DNA of 64,000 nt, taken from NCBI GenBank assembly GCA_000146465.1, contig CP001945.1, one strand, 5' to 3'. Shown here piece by piece: positions 27,618-38,328 of the stretch (within the stretch, counting starts at the first letter, position 1; every line of letters begins with the position of its first letter). The notes beneath the pieces are model-generated. The model was given only the letters and a program-made list of their open reading frames with translations. It made no database searches and was not told where the DNA came from. The position numbers and the translations under genes were made by a program.

Positions 27618-28856
27618 TTATTTCAGTTTGATCTTCTTGGAGTCCTTTGAGTCGTCATAGAAGTCCGGCTTCACCTCGTACTTAAGTTTTTTCACCGGCT
27701 TCTTCTCCGATCTGCTTCTGGCCTCCAAGTCCTTAATTCTTCTCTTGATCGCCTCCTGCATCCTTATGCCAGCCTCGTTCGTTACCTTCTCCCCATAGGA
27801 ATCGATTCTGGCTGCTATTGCAATCTTAGACGCCAAGCTCCTAGCTATCTTTCCTTTATGTTGAGAATCCACTTGTCCTAGGAGAGAACATCCGTAGATC
27901 ATACCATACTTCGGAGTATTTGTCTTTGACTTCAATGCTTGGAACAAGGCTTTCTCTGCCCCCATGATCTGGATCGATGACCCAGGCATCTTAGCAAGAT
28001 TTGAAAGAGACCCTGCTTTGCTTATCATCTTTGCTCCTATCACTTCCCCAATCAGAGACGTTATGTTTGGGGCAAGATCCTCCATCTTCACCCGTATGTA
28101 TTCCACAAGCTCATCTCGGAATTCAAAGCTCTTTAATACGCTTTTTGCATCCTCCAATATATTCAGAACATCCGATGAGTCCATTGCAATCCCCATGCTT
28201 GTCTTTGCAAGACTTACAATCCTTTCCCACTCATCTTTGGCTATTTCCTTGAGCTCTTCCTTCTTCTCCTCAATACTCTCCTTTCTCCCAATCGCCACAA
28301 CAAGTCTTAAATATTTCCTGTTATTGTCTGTCACAGAAGACAGTTCGGGGAAGTGGAACCCATACCATTCCTTGAGTCTCATGCAATGGAGGTTGATGTC
28401 TCTGTCCATATCCTCCAGAAGTGAGACAGACTGAATCACCATGGTGTCAATCTTCTCGGGCACAATCTTAACCTTTTCCATTGATATCTTGTGTGCTATG
28501 CACAGGATCCTTTCCGAATATTCCCTCCCACTCATCCCAAAATACTTGTGGACATTGGATCTTATCAGCCTCTGGACATCATCATTCAAGTATACAACCT
28601 TTCTCAAAAACTTCTTCGATAAAGGCTCCACCAGTTTCTGGTCATCCACAGCCAAGACCTCTTTGTCCTTAACCTCTGCAAGCTTCATAAACCTCTCCAG
28701 ATTGCTCGGAACTTCCCCCTTGATCAGCAGTCCAGAAGACTCTAGTGCTTCGTCAATACTCTCAAATTTGTACGTCTCGACAAGTCGTGGCTCTTCAGAC
28801 AGATCTGTCTTGTCGAAAAGTCCATACCCAACAACAGTCTCCACCAAGTAAATCAT
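27618..28856 (-). CDS. Box C/D snoRNP protein Nop56/Nop58 family; the Nop58 assignment is a guess
   Basis: MIYLVETVVGYGLF N-terminus, NOP domain (GAKMISKAGSLSNLAKMPGSSIQIMGAEKALF), and KK-rich C-terminal tail. A second in-frame ATG lies 13 codons upstream (28895). Confidence 0.8.
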   Translation of the reverse strand: MIYLVETVVGYGLFDKTDLSEEPRLVETYKFESIDEALESSGLLIKGEVPSNLERFMKLAEVKDKEVLAVDDQKLVEPLSKKFLRKVVYLNDDVQRLIRSNVHKYFGMSGREYSERILCIAHKISMEKVKIVPEKIDTMVIQSVSLLEDMDRDINLHCMRLKEWYGFHFPELSSVTDNNRKYLRLVVAIGRKESIEEKKEELKEIAKDEWERIVSLAKTSMGIAMDSSDVLNILEDAKSVLKSFEFRDELVEYIRVKMEDLAPNITSLIGEVIGAKMISKAGSLSNLAKMPGSSIQIMGAEKALFQALKSKTNTPKYGMIYGCSLLGQVDSQHKGKIARSLASKIAIAARIDSYGEKVTNEAGIRMQEAIKRRIKDLEARSRSEKKPVKKLKYEVKPDFYDDSKDSKKIKLK

Positions 28857-28904
28857 TTCAAACGGTCGAAAAAAATAGAAAAAATAGAAATCCATTTCCA
28901 GATC

Positions 28905-29762
28905 TTAAAAAGATTTGTCCATGTCACAGGCTCTGCTATCTGCCTTGATGTCCTCAGGTGGCATGTCTATCTTCTCCATAGAGATGTTTTCCTTCCTAAT
29001 CTTCACTCCGTACTTCAAGCTTCCAAGAGTGTTGACTCGGAGACTTCCGTACCCTCCTATCTTCCTAAGCTCCAGAACCCCATTGTAGTTTGGACAGAAG
29101 CAGCTGAACATGTTCGAGTCAAACATCCCAACCGTATCAAAATACAGGCTTAAGCTTGTGTTTGCCATGAAGAACCCAGGAATCGAAACCATGCATACAT
29201 GGCCATTAGCCCTTACAGCTCTCTTGAGCTCAAAGAGAAACTTTGCCATCTCCTCTTCACCCAGTCCAGAAAGTTTCCAAACAGGAGATCCCAACGAGAA
29301 TATGGCTATCCTCAATTCCTTTTCCTTTCTTGCTATGTCCAGAATGCTTTTCAACGTTGCATCCTCTCCAGAAAGCAAGATTCCTTCGAATCTCCTTTTT
29401 TTCGAGAGGTTGAACTTGAACAAAGGTCTTGCTAGAGATAGCTTGGTGTATCTCCATGCAATTACCATTTTGTCTTCATCCTCCTTCTCGGTAAATGATC
29501 CAGTACCGTATATCTCCACATTCCGGCCTTCCTTCATAACTGCCATCATGTTCTCTTGGTTGGAAGCTCCTTCTGAAAGAAAAACCTTCAGTATTGTCGA
29601 ATGAATCTGAGAATTTTCATCCTCAAGCAAGAGAATGGATGTTCCTCTTGTAAAGCACTCTCCTAGTACTGTGTCAAACCCGGATATTCCTGTAGATAGA
29701 TGTTCTATTCTCTTATATCCTGTGCTTTTTACAAATGACTCCATGCAGGGGCATATTGTCAT
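28905..29762 (-). CDS. Elongator subunit Elp4 (PAXNEB, RecA-like), tentative
   Basis: LSTGISGFDTVLGECFTRGTSILLLEDE resembles the Elp4 P-loop-like segment (STGIxSLDxILGGGLxxGxxLLIEED). The track start is TTG; first ATG used. Confidence 0.45.
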   Translation of the reverse strand: MTICPCMESFVKSTGYKRIEHLSTGISGFDTVLGECFTRGTSILLLEDENSQIHSTILKVFLSEGASNQENMMAVMKEGRNVEIYGTGSFTEKEDEDKMVIAWRYTKLSLARPLFKFNLSKKRRFEGILLSGEDATLKSILDIARKEKELRIAIFSLGSPVWKLSGLGEEEMAKFLFELKRAVRANGHVCMVSIPGFFMANTSLSLYFDTVGMFDSNMFSCFCPNYNGVLELRKIGGYGSLRVNTLGSLKYGVKIRKENISMEKIDMPPEDIKADSRACDMDKSF

Positions 29763-29825
29763 ACTAATCCAACACCCAGGCCTATTGCTTCTGGCTTGTA
29801 TTTCCAGATATATCTTCAATCCTTC

Positions 29826-31250
29826 ATGTGCGGAATACTTCTCTCAGAAGAAGAAAACACTGCATACGAGAGGGTGGCCTCTCTTATAAGAAACAGAGGA
29901 GGAGACTATTACAACAAGGTCTATATCGATGGTATGGTGGCAATCGCCTCGGTTCTTTCGATAAGGGATTCTGTTTGCCAGCCTGTGGAAGGAAACGGGT
30001 ATCTGTTTCTTTACAACGGTGAAATCTATAACAATGAAAGAAGCGACACACTGTCTATCAAAAATATAATAGATAAGGTCTTGTGCGAGAGTGGGAAAGC
30101 AGTTTTGGATGGTAGATGTATAGTAGATAAGATTTATGCAGAAATCAACAGACATGAAAACGAAATGGCAATGATATTGATGATTGGAAGCCATGTGTAC
30201 TTCTTTAAGGACGACATAGGGAGAAGGAGCTTGGGATACACACTGGATCCGTTCTGTGTCTCATCCGTGGAGTATGATGAGGAGATCAACCCCATGGCTA
30301 TATACTCCTACGACAGGTCTACAAGAAAGCTGAGCGAATGGCTAAAAGACAGCCAAATTGTTAAAAGGTACATGACAATGGGAGATGCAATATTAAAGCG
30401 TCTCAGCAACGAGAAGTACTCGAAGAAGTATCGATACTTAGCAAAGCATCTGTCCTTGCAGAATGTAGGAAATCATGAGGCAAAGCTTGAGGATGTCGAT
30501 AGTGCAGTTGAAGAGTTTAACAAGATCTTCAGAAGGTCTATAGAAAGAAGAATTAGTGGTGGAAACATCTGTGTATTCTTTAGTGGGGGAGTGGACTCGA
30601 TGCTTGTGGCTGTTTTCCTCCACTATGCAGCAGATCTTCGCCAGAAGATTTATTTGATAAACACATCGTTTGGGAAATCATGGGACAGAGAGGCTGGGAA
30701 GAAAGGGTTTGAAAGCCTTTGCACAATGTTCAAGGAAAGGTCTTTTGTCTTTGTTGCCAACAACATCGGAGTAGAGGAGGTTAGGGCTGCAAAAGAACAT
30801 ATCTACAGACTGATCCATCCAAAAGACGGACGCATGGATTTCAACATAGGAGCAACATTGTTTTTCTCAGCAAAAGAGTCGAGAAAGTACAGTAGGATTG
30901 CATATTTGGGATCAGGGGCAGATGAAATGTTTGGAGGATACCACAGGTACAGGGGAGAAGGCTTTAGAGAGGAGATGCTCTTTGATCTTTTCACAATCTC
31001 GCACCACAACCTCTGTAGAGATGACAGGGCTGTTTCTGACTGCCAGGTTGAGTGTAGGTTCCCATTTCTGGACTCGGAGTTGGTGGGATATTCCCTGAAG
31101 ATAGGGAATAATGTAGTTGCAATGGATGGAGAAAAGAAGTTTATCTTGAGAGAGACCTTGAGAAGAAACGGACTTGAATGTGTGTCTGGAGTTCCGAAGA
31201 AGGCAATGCAATATGGGAGTGGAATCTTCAAGATGGAAGGGAAGATATAG
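29826..31250 (+). CDS. Asparagine synthetase (glutamine-hydrolysing), class II amidotransferase
   Basis: Starts MCGILL (Ntn nucleophile Cys2). PP-loop SGGVDSMLVA. The track start is TTG, so the CDS begins at ATG 29826. Confidence 0.8.
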   Translation: MCGILLSEEENTAYERVASLIRNRGGDYYNKVYIDGMVAIASVLSIRDSVCQPVEGNGYLFLYNGEIYNNERSDTLSIKNIIDKVLCESGKAVLDGRCIVDKIYAEINRHENEMAMILMIGSHVYFFKDDIGRRSLGYTLDPFCVSSVEYDEEINPMAIYSYDRSTRKLSEWLKDSQIVKRYMTMGDAILKRLSNEKYSKKYRYLAKHLSLQNVGNHEAKLEDVDSAVEEFNKIFRRSIERRISGGNICVFFSGGVDSMLVAVFLHYAADLRQKIYLINTSFGKSWDREAGKKGFESLCTMFKERSFVFVANNIGVEEVRAAKEHIYRLIHPKDGRMDFNIGATLFFSAKESRKYSRIAYLGSGADEMFGGYHRYRGEGFREEMLFDLFTISHHNLCRDDRAVSDCQVECRFPFLDSELVGYSLKIGNNVVAMDGEKKFILRETLRRNGLECVSGVPKKAMQYGSGIFKMEGKI

Positions 31251-31285
31251 AACTTAAGAGAACATCACTTTTATTCAAAGCCAAC

Positions 31286-33703
31286 TTAGCAGGCATTTCT
31301 TGATATTAGCCTTGTCCCTCTGTCAAGCTTGAACCCGCTGTTCTTGAACAGGCCGCAAGAGTAGAAGCTGGATGGAATTGAAAACCCAAAGGAGGAAATT
31401 CTCCTTTCGAACTCATCTAAAGACACAGATTGGGAATGGAAGGCCTTCATCTTCTCATTAAACATCTCTTTCAGAAGGAAAATCAAAACATCTGTGTTGC
31501 TTCTGTTGAAGTACTTTATAAACTTCTTCCTCAGGCTCTTCGACATAGAGTATTTCTGAGCTCCCATGAAAGAGTCGAGGACAACAGAAATGGCTTCGTC
31601 AATATCCTCGGCAGAGACTGCTGTACTCAGTCTCATCTTTGCAAATGCTTCGCTGATCCGGACAATACTCTCAACATGTCTGACAGTCACTGGAAGCCCA
31701 GAAGGCAAGCTCTCCTTACGGAGCTCCAGATACAAGCTTGAGATTTTCTCGATATCAACATCATTGAAGACAGGCACCACATTGGTCCTTGCGTACAGTA
31801 TGTATTTCTTTAGCAAATCCTGGCCCATCATCATCTTTTTGGAATCAAACCCATCGGTCTTCTCTCCTCCTCCATGAGACTCTATGATAAACCTTGCAGT
31901 CTTCTCGTCCTCTCCAGAGTCGATATTATCTTTTGTAACACAGAGAATATCAAACCTCGATATTATAGGGTCGCTCAGATTTACATTCTGCGAGAACGTC
32001 AGAGACCCATTGTATCGCCCCCTTATTGGATTTGCCGCTGCTATCACGCTACATCTTGCATGCAATGTTGCAACAATTCCTGCCTTCGAAATCGAGATCG
32101 ACTGTTGCTCCATCGCCTCGTGTATACTAGTTCTGTCATGCTCATTCATTTTGTCAAACTCATCAATAAGGCACACTCCTTTATCTGCTAGCACTAGTGC
32201 CCCTCCCTCGAGTGTCCATTCCTTTACAACCGGATCCTTCCGAACAGATGCCGTCAGCCCAACACTCGAAGCTCCCTGCCCTGTAGCCAGCACTGCTCGG
32301 TGCGATGTATTTTCCACATATCGGAGAAACTGAGACTTGGCCATTCCAGGATCTCCAAGAAGAAGGACATTAATGTCTCCCCGGATCCTGTGGCTTGTAC
32401 TTTCCTTAGGAACCCCTCCAAGCATAGCTAATGCGATGGCTCTCTTCACCTCTTCGTGTCCATACACCGATGGAGCTATCGAATTAATTATTATTTTCTT
32501 GATTTCCGGATGTCTTCCCATCTTCCTGATCTCCCTGATATCATCTTCAGTCATCTCGATCTTCCCAACTCTTTTACTAACAGAACTTGCCTCAATCACT
32601 GTGAAAAACACAGGAAATCCATTCTTTATGTTCAAGGACACATTGAAGTTGTTTTTGTATATCCCAACAATCTCAACCTCTTCTCCAGGCTTCGCACAAT
32701 CAATTAGATCATAGAAAAGCAGCACCTCCTTCGATCGAGGAAGAGACCCTGGCGGGACACTCCCAGGAATCTCCTGGATTGTTAACTTCTGGAAGTCCTT
32801 GTAAATGGTCTCCGAGGTACTAACAGTAAAAGGCCCTTTCGACTGGCATTCAAAGCAATGTGTAGGCTTAAATGATGATGCCACAAATGGCCCAAACACA
32901 GACTTGCACTTAAGGCAGCTAAACTTCACAATAGAGTAAAGCGGAAATACACCGCTTCTTCGTGTGACCACACCGTTTACCCTCACCAGCTTTCCAAGGT
33001 GGCTATTCCTCAGTGAGCGGATACTATCGCTCACTGGAAGATCAACAACTCTTGCATGCACCTTTGGCTTTATGAGATGGTAGTTTGGAAAATGCATCCT
33101 CACCACCTCGGATAAAGCTTGGTCCATCACCTCAATCGTCATCTCTGCATGCTGGTTAAGGAGCTTCAGGAGATCTGTAGATTCCTCTTCAATATCCAAA
33201 TAGCTCACCTCTATGCTCTCAAGATTCTCCGAGCACATCTTCCGAATCCTTCCAATGTACTTCTTATTTCGGAACTCATTGAAAAAACGAACAAATTTCC
33301 TGGTAAGCTTGACCCGGAAAAAGCCTTGCTCAAAAAAATCCTTTGTAATCTCGTCAGCCTTAAATATGTCCTCGGCGTCGTACTCGTTCCCAGAATCTCC
33401 TTCTCTCCTTGCCTTGTTTTCCTCAGACTTCATACTTGAAATCTCCTGTCCTATGAGGTCTTCAATATCAGAATGCTGCATAACCTCGCTTTCCTCAAGC
33501 TCCGAAGACTCATATAATTCCTCTTTTATCTCATCTATTTCAGAGCTCTCAAGCTCCTTTACCATCCTCATCCCCACTTCTCGTCCCTCTCCAGACGTGC
33601 TCTCGTCCTCTTCAAGCCTTCTTTTCACCATTCCAGGGGAAGCCTTAAGCCCCAAATAAAGATGCCGTTGGAAAAAGGAAAGTACTTTATTACAGATCCA
33701 CAT
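31286..33703 (-). CDS. MCM2: DNA replication licensing factor MCM2
   Basis: Zinc finger CLKCKSVFGPFV...CFECQSKGPF (MCM2 CPECQSxGPF), Walker A GDPGMAKSQFLRYVE, Walker B/arginine finger region LIDEFDKM...SVIAAANP. The start at 33703 sits only 10 nt after the upstream gene's stop. An in-frame ATG near 33630 is an alternative. Confidence 0.85.
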   Translation of the reverse strand: MWICNKVLSFFQRHLYLGLKASPGMVKRRLEEDESTSGEGREVGMRMVKELESSEIDEIKEELYESSELEESEVMQHSDIEDLIGQEISSMKSEENKARREGDSGNEYDAEDIFKADEITKDFFEQGFFRVKLTRKFVRFFNEFRNKKYIGRIRKMCSENLESIEVSYLDIEEESTDLLKLLNQHAEMTIEVMDQALSEVVRMHFPNYHLIKPKVHARVVDLPVSDSIRSLRNSHLGKLVRVNGVVTRRSGVFPLYSIVKFSCLKCKSVFGPFVASSFKPTHCFECQSKGPFTVSTSETIYKDFQKLTIQEIPGSVPPGSLPRSKEVLLFYDLIDCAKPGEEVEIVGIYKNNFNVSLNIKNGFPVFFTVIEASSVSKRVGKIEMTEDDIREIRKMGRHPEIKKIIINSIAPSVYGHEEVKRAIALAMLGGVPKESTSHRIRGDINVLLLGDPGMAKSQFLRYVENTSHRAVLATGQGASSVGLTASVRKDPVVKEWTLEGGALVLADKGVCLIDEFDKMNEHDRTSIHEAMEQQSISISKAGIVATLHARCSVIAAANPIRGRYNGSLTFSQNVNLSDPIISRFDILCVTKDNIDSGEDEKTARFIIESHGGGEKTDGFDSKKMMMGQDLLKKYILYARTNVVPVFNDVDIEKISSLYLELRKESLPSGLPVTVRHVESIVRISEAFAKMRLSTAVSAEDIDEAISVVLDSFMGAQKYSMSKSLRKKFIKYFNRSNTDVLIFLLKEMFNEKMKAFHSQSVSLDEFERRISSFGFSIPSSFYSCGLFKNSGFKLDRGTRLISRNAC

Positions 33704-33713
33704 CCCATAAAGA

Positions 33714-34520
33714 TTATGCTTCTTTTTTGCTCAGCAGACTGTTTGCATACTCTTTCAGACGGAGAATAGACTCCTCGTCTCCAAGCTCAGATACAAGAAA
33801 TTCACTACAGAAACCCATTATGTATACATACCCTAGCTCCACCTCCATCCCCGTGGCTTTCACCATGAGAAGATCAAATATACTACCATACACATCCTCG
33901 ATCTTGTAGTCGTCTATTCTTTTTTGCCCCAGAATCCCTTCAGACAGATTCATTCTGTCTTTCAGTCGGCTGTCTTTTGCAAGAAATGAGCTTCCAACCC
34001 CCTTCACCTGCTTATTTACAAACTCCACGGTCCTCCGGAGCTCTGCCATCCTGCTAACCAGGATCTGCGGATCCTCAATGTATCTTGTATAGGGATCAAC
34101 AAGCATCCGTGTTAGATCAATCGGCTCTGTTGTGTAGTAATACAGATACCGGAGGTTATTAAAATTCTGTCTTTGCACCTCTTGATCCACCCTGTCTATC
34201 AATATTGCTATTCCCTTGATAAGGACCAGAGTACATTCAAGATAGAATCTTTCGTCATAAAACTCTTTTTTACAGAACTCATGCAGCAGTTCCTCCACCT
34301 CCGGGAGATTCAGGTCAGAAGATCCCTCGGAAAGTGCCCTTCCTATCACAAGATCAAGAAAAATTGGTTCAAACCTCTCGTAATATGAAATGTCCTCTAA
34401 ATACACTTTTACAGGCACATTTCTTTGCTTTTCATAAACATCCACATACTCCCTTATGAACTCCACAGGGTCGGAAAACTCCTTCATAACTTCCTCCTGC
34501 TCCGTCAGGCTAAGCTTCAT
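33714..34520 (-). CDS. Hypothetical protein (268 aa, alpha-helical)
   Basis: ATG ORF, compactly spaced. No confident family. Confidence 0.4.
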   Translation of the reverse strand: MKLSLTEQEEVMKEFSDPVEFIREYVDVYEKQRNVPVKVYLEDISYYERFEPIFLDLVIGRALSEGSSDLNLPEVEELLHEFCKKEFYDERFYLECTLVLIKGIAILIDRVDQEVQRQNFNNLRYLYYYTTEPIDLTRMLVDPYTRYIEDPQILVSRMAELRRTVEFVNKQVKGVGSSFLAKDSRLKDRMNLSEGILGQKRIDDYKIEDVYGSIFDLLMVKATGMEVELGYVYIMGFCSEFLVSELGDEESILRLKEYANSLLSKKEA

Positions 34521-34606
34521 AACAAACTGATGGGTCCTTGGAAGAAACTTTTATGCTCTACATCATCTGCTCTGGTCGTTAAAAATATTTTCGTCTCCAA
34601 GCCTTA

Positions 34607-36664
34607 ATGGAGAAAGAGAACATTCCGGACAGGACAACTGCCTCAAACATGGGGGATGCCTCCATCTCCCCGAGTCTTCTTGAGCCCTCAGAGCCGGGGT
34701 GCTGTCCCTTCGATGTGTTCACACCCGAGGCCCTAGTAAGCAGATTCAAAACATATGACGACTGCACTGAAGATATCATCAAGCTTATCAGATCGGTCCA
34801 TGTCTGCCAGAACAAAATAAAGAAGCTGTGCCGTGTCTTCGACTCACTGTCCAACTATGACACCGGCTTGATAGTTAACCTTACAAGGGATGGAAATCGA
34901 ATGCTGAGATATGTGTCGACGTATCTGATGCTCAATAAGATAAAGCAGTGGGTTATAGATGGAAGGGGATTTGAAGTGGTGGAGGCTATGTACGATGAGG
35001 TGTTTCTGGTTAGGTTCCGAGATGTGGATTTCAATATAAGGGCTGCTTGTGTTGAGTTTATGTGTGAGTGGATTATCTCTGCCCCTGGGATCTTCAATCT
35101 GCCCTGCTACCTGAAGTACATTGGATGGGCTCTCAGTGACAAAAACGATAGTGTTAGGAGAAAAGGGATAAGCTCATGCACGAGACTTGTACGGAAGAAG
35201 ATCAATGTCCAGGGGTTTGTATCTCGTTTTAAGAGTAGGATAATAGAGCTATCTCTATACGATAGGAGTCCTGCATTAAGGGACGAAGGAAAAGCACTCT
35301 GTATGGAGCTGTATATTGGAGGGATGGTCTCTAAGGATGATGTATACAAAGTTCTAAGGTCCATGAACGAAGGAGATAAGAAAGGATTGATGAGCTCTAC
35401 CATCAGAAAGATACTTGGAACAGAGGAACCAAGTGATAGAAGTCTCTTGGAGAATCACGAGGGCTTGCATGAACTACTTTCAAACACGTCTTTATTTATT
35501 TGCTCATGCATTCCTCACAGTGGAAAAGATGTTGAAGGATTCATAGACTTTATTTTGGACTTCCTACGCACAAAAAACTCTTGCTGCCAATCAAAGAGCC
35601 TGTGTTACCTAAGAATCCTCGGAGTTCTCTCTGGCTCGGGGGTGGATGTTGAGAAATATCACAGAATCTTTGAGATAGTCAAGGACAGTAGAGAAAACAC
35701 GGCACAAACTGTGGAAGCTATCTCAAAAGTTGATCCAGAGGTGTTTAGGAGGCATCCAGATGCTACCAATAGGCTTCTGGAGGCAATGAAAGATCTTCTG
35801 GCCCAGTACAAATGTGAAGAGATGTTTTCAAGGTTTGTACATCTCTTGAAGAAGCTTGAGAAGGACTTTCCAGCCTTTGTTCACCGAGTTGTGGAATCAC
35901 TTAAATCCTCCTGTGTAGAGTTTGTGCATTGCGCAATCAAGTCGTTTGACATATCGGAAAGCGTGGAAAACAACTTTCCATCAGAGATCAAATGCTATGC
36001 TGCACTATGGAAGATAATGTCCGAGGACTACGAAAGAGTCAACGGATATGAGTTCAAGAAAATCGGCAATCTTTCTGTACTTTGTGACTTTCTCCTTTTC
36101 TTTAGAGAGAAATGCATTGAATTTGGAGTAGTGAACCGGAGTGTTGAAAGAGCTTCTGACCAGGGGGAATGTTTCAAGATAATGTATGATCGTCTCTCTG
36201 TTCTTATTCATTCACAAGCAGAAGATGTTTTTACAGACCAAAAAGGATGCATTTCGTTGTTCAAGCTTGTTGATGGAGGCCTTTTTGTTGACTACTCGAG
36301 TATTATATTCAGGACTTGTAACCTAGAGCTGATCTCAGAGTTTCTGGGCAAGAGTAAGTCAAAGATGAACCTTGTCTCTGGATACTTCAGATATCTTATG
36401 GATGTGGAAGAAAAGGATGTAGACAAGAAGGTCGGAAGACTAGTGGGTTCCAGATGCAGCATGGCAAAGAGAGGGCTTGATACGGAGAAGGTTGTTTTCC
36501 GAGGTATGAAGGAGCTAATCGAACTAAGAAAGGTGTTTCTGTACGATACAGTTCTCATTTACTTTGTTTCTTCCCTAACAGCCAACGAATGCATAATCAT
36601 AGAACAGGGTCTGGAAAAGTCAAGACTTAAGGCATCTTTGCTCCGAAGGATCAGAGAGGGTTGA
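34607..36664 (+). CDS. Cohesin subunit Scc3/SA (stromalin conserved domain)
   Basis: VRFRDVDFNIRAACVEFMCEWI...YLKYIGWALSDKNDSVRRKGISSCTRL...VSRFKSRIIELSLYDRSPALRDEGKAL matches the stromalin conserved domain (FRDVDPEIRAICIEEIGIWM...YLKYVGWTLHDK..VRLKCL..FTSRFKDRIV). Confidence 0.7.
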   Translation: MEKENIPDRTTASNMGDASISPSLLEPSEPGCCPFDVFTPEALVSRFKTYDDCTEDIIKLIRSVHVCQNKIKKLCRVFDSLSNYDTGLIVNLTRDGNRMLRYVSTYLMLNKIKQWVIDGRGFEVVEAMYDEVFLVRFRDVDFNIRAACVEFMCEWIISAPGIFNLPCYLKYIGWALSDKNDSVRRKGISSCTRLVRKKINVQGFVSRFKSRIIELSLYDRSPALRDEGKALCMELYIGGMVSKDDVYKVLRSMNEGDKKGLMSSTIRKILGTEEPSDRSLLENHEGLHELLSNTSLFICSCIPHSGKDVEGFIDFILDFLRTKNSCCQSKSLCYLRILGVLSGSGVDVEKYHRIFEIVKDSRENTAQTVEAISKVDPEVFRRHPDATNRLLEAMKDLLAQYKCEEMFSRFVHLLKKLEKDFPAFVHRVVESLKSSCVEFVHCAIKSFDISESVENNFPSEIKCYAALWKIMSEDYERVNGYEFKKIGNLSVLCDFLLFFREKCIEFGVVNRSVERASDQGECFKIMYDRLSVLIHSQAEDVFTDQKGCISLFKLVDGGLFVDYSSIIFRTCNLELISEFLGKSKSKMNLVSGYFRYLMDVEEKDVDKKVGRLVGSRCSMAKRGLDTEKVVFRGMKELIELRKVFLYDTVLIYFVSSLTANECIIIEQGLEKSRLKASLLRRIREG

Positions 36665-36689
36665 GATATAATAGGATTCTGTTGCATGA

Positions 36690-37259
36690 ATGATGCATGG
36701 CTGGAAAGTGTTCAAGTATTCAAGAAGAGTGGAAGGAGAAGAAGGAGAGAAGTCGTTTTGTGGGATTGGGTTGGAGGAAATAAGCCGAGTGATACTTCAT
36801 TCAGAAGTTGGTCGGCAAGGGATTATAAAGGAGAGGTGGCTCCATGTGTTCACAGAGGGTAGCAAAACACTAGGGTTGGCTCTGTTGCCATCTATGCTAG
36901 AGGTTCGGGTCTACATCGTCTCTGCCATTAGACAAGAGCTGGTGATACTGGAGAGAATAAAGCTTGAGGAGAAATGGGATATTAGGGTTTGTGTAAGCAA
37001 GAGAGTGATTAGATGTAGATGTAAACAGAGGAAATTTCAAGTCATCTTCTTTAGTAAAGAAGATTCAGAAGACTTTGCAAGTAAGTTTGGGCACTTTTCC
37101 AAGCCCCCTCCTTCAATACCAAAATATTTCCCGTTGATTGGGACATTTGAAGGACTTGATGGAAACGAGAAAAAGGAGAAGAAGACTCCCAAATACAAAA
37201 AGAAGAAGAAAGTTATTGAGGAGTTTTTATCGTTGCTGTTTGAGGCCCTTGGGAACTAA
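36690..37259 (+). CDS. Hypothetical protein with lysine-rich C-terminal tail
   Basis: 189-aa ATG ORF ending KKEKKTPKYKKKKKV. Its stop overlaps the convergent Pus gene by 4 nt. No family assigned. Confidence 0.35.
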   Translation: MMHGWKVFKYSRRVEGEEGEKSFCGIGLEEISRVILHSEVGRQGIIKERWLHVFTEGSKTLGLALLPSMLEVRVYIVSAIRQELVILERIKLEEKWDIRVCVSKRVIRCRCKQRKFQVIFFSKEDSEDFASKFGHFSKPPPSIPKYFPLIGTFEGLDGNEKKEKKTPKYKKKKKVIEEFLSLLFEALGN

Positions 37260-38293
37260 CCTATGAACACCATGTTTTCTCTGTGAAACCTTACAGAATC
37301 CAGACATGCAAAAAAGCCAATGAGGTTTTTTCTTTGGTGAATCCTCGGGTAGATGGCATTTCTCTTGTATTCCTCCCGGGCTGCATCATCGACCCCTATG
37401 TCCTCTGTGGTTCCGTCTCCTCTTCTCAACCGGTGGAACGTAGGCTTGTCAAGTAAAAGATATTCAGAAGGTCCTTTTGGAACATGAATGTTCTCTTTGC
37501 TAAACACCATGTCGAACTTTGATTCCACACTATCTCTGGAATACCTACACAATAAAATCCCAAAAAGCATCATCTTTCTAATCTGGTGGAGTAGGAAGCT
37601 CTGGCCGGTAATCGATACCCTCACATATTCTATCCCGTTGTTTACGTATGGATCCGAGACGATGACAGATTTAATGTATCTCTTAGTGCCCTTTTCACTA
37701 TTGAGCTTAGTGAAGTTGTGAAAGTCCTTGGTTCCTGTGTACTTCTGAAGGATGGCTTCAAAGACCCTGAGGTCGTCTTCAGAAGATGTATATCCGACCA
37801 AACTATCAATCATATCGCTTGGATAATCTCTTGTTACTCTTCCATCTCTGCATTCTCCATCCTTCTGCCTCAAAACCTCCACCTCCTTGTCGAAGTCTCC
37901 CTTTGCAAGGAAGAACGTCGGGACAATGTATTCGTAGGCCCGAAAAACAGCCTGCTTGGATGGAATAGTGCTTTTTGTAAGCCTTATGATGTCATATAGA
38001 TGGATCTCCTTTCTAGAAAGAAGGGTTCTAAGTCCAGATATAAGTTCCGGAGTGATGTCGGCCTCTATCTTCACAGAGACGAGGTTGAGTGCAGCATGGA
38101 CGCCCTTATCCGTTCTGGAAGACGATTTGATGTGAACTTTCTTTGGGTCGTCGGCATTTCTTTGGCTGATCACCTCCATCTCAAGAAGGCAACCAATTAT
38201 TTCCTTCTCCACCGTGTCCAGCTCCTTGTTAAACTGCAGCCCGTGGTATTTGCTTCCATCGTATCCCACTAGTAGTCCAGCCCTGACCTTCAT
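37256..38293 (-). CDS. tRNA pseudouridine synthase, TruA/Pus1 family
   Basis: MKVRAGLLVGYDGSKYHGLQFN and SSSRTDKGVHAALNLVSVKI (RTDKGVHA catalytic-Asp motif). Confidence 0.75.
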   Translation of the reverse strand: MKVRAGLLVGYDGSKYHGLQFNKELDTVEKEIIGCLLEMEVISQRNADDPKKVHIKSSSRTDKGVHAALNLVSVKIEADITPELISGLRTLLSRKEIHLYDIIRLTKSTIPSKQAVFRAYEYIVPTFFLAKGDFDKEVEVLRQKDGECRDGRVTRDYPSDMIDSLVGYTSSEDDLRVFEAILQKYTGTKDFHNFTKLNSEKGTKRYIKSVIVSDPYVNNGIEYVRVSITGQSFLLHQIRKMMLFGILLCRYSRDSVESKFDMVFSKENIHVPKGPSEYLLLDKPTFHRLRRGDGTTEDIGVDDAAREEYKRNAIYPRIHQRKNLIGFFACLDSVRFHRENMVFIG

Positions 38294-38328
38294 TAGGGGA
38301 AGAGAAGGTTGGAGAAAATTTGATCCCT

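Noticed and set aside
28861-28892. Tandem aaaaatagaa repeat just upstream of the Nop56/58 ATG
   Set aside because: Only two copies of a 10-mer in an A-rich leader. It is most likely part of a simple AT-rich promoter or 5'UTR rather than a structured repeat.
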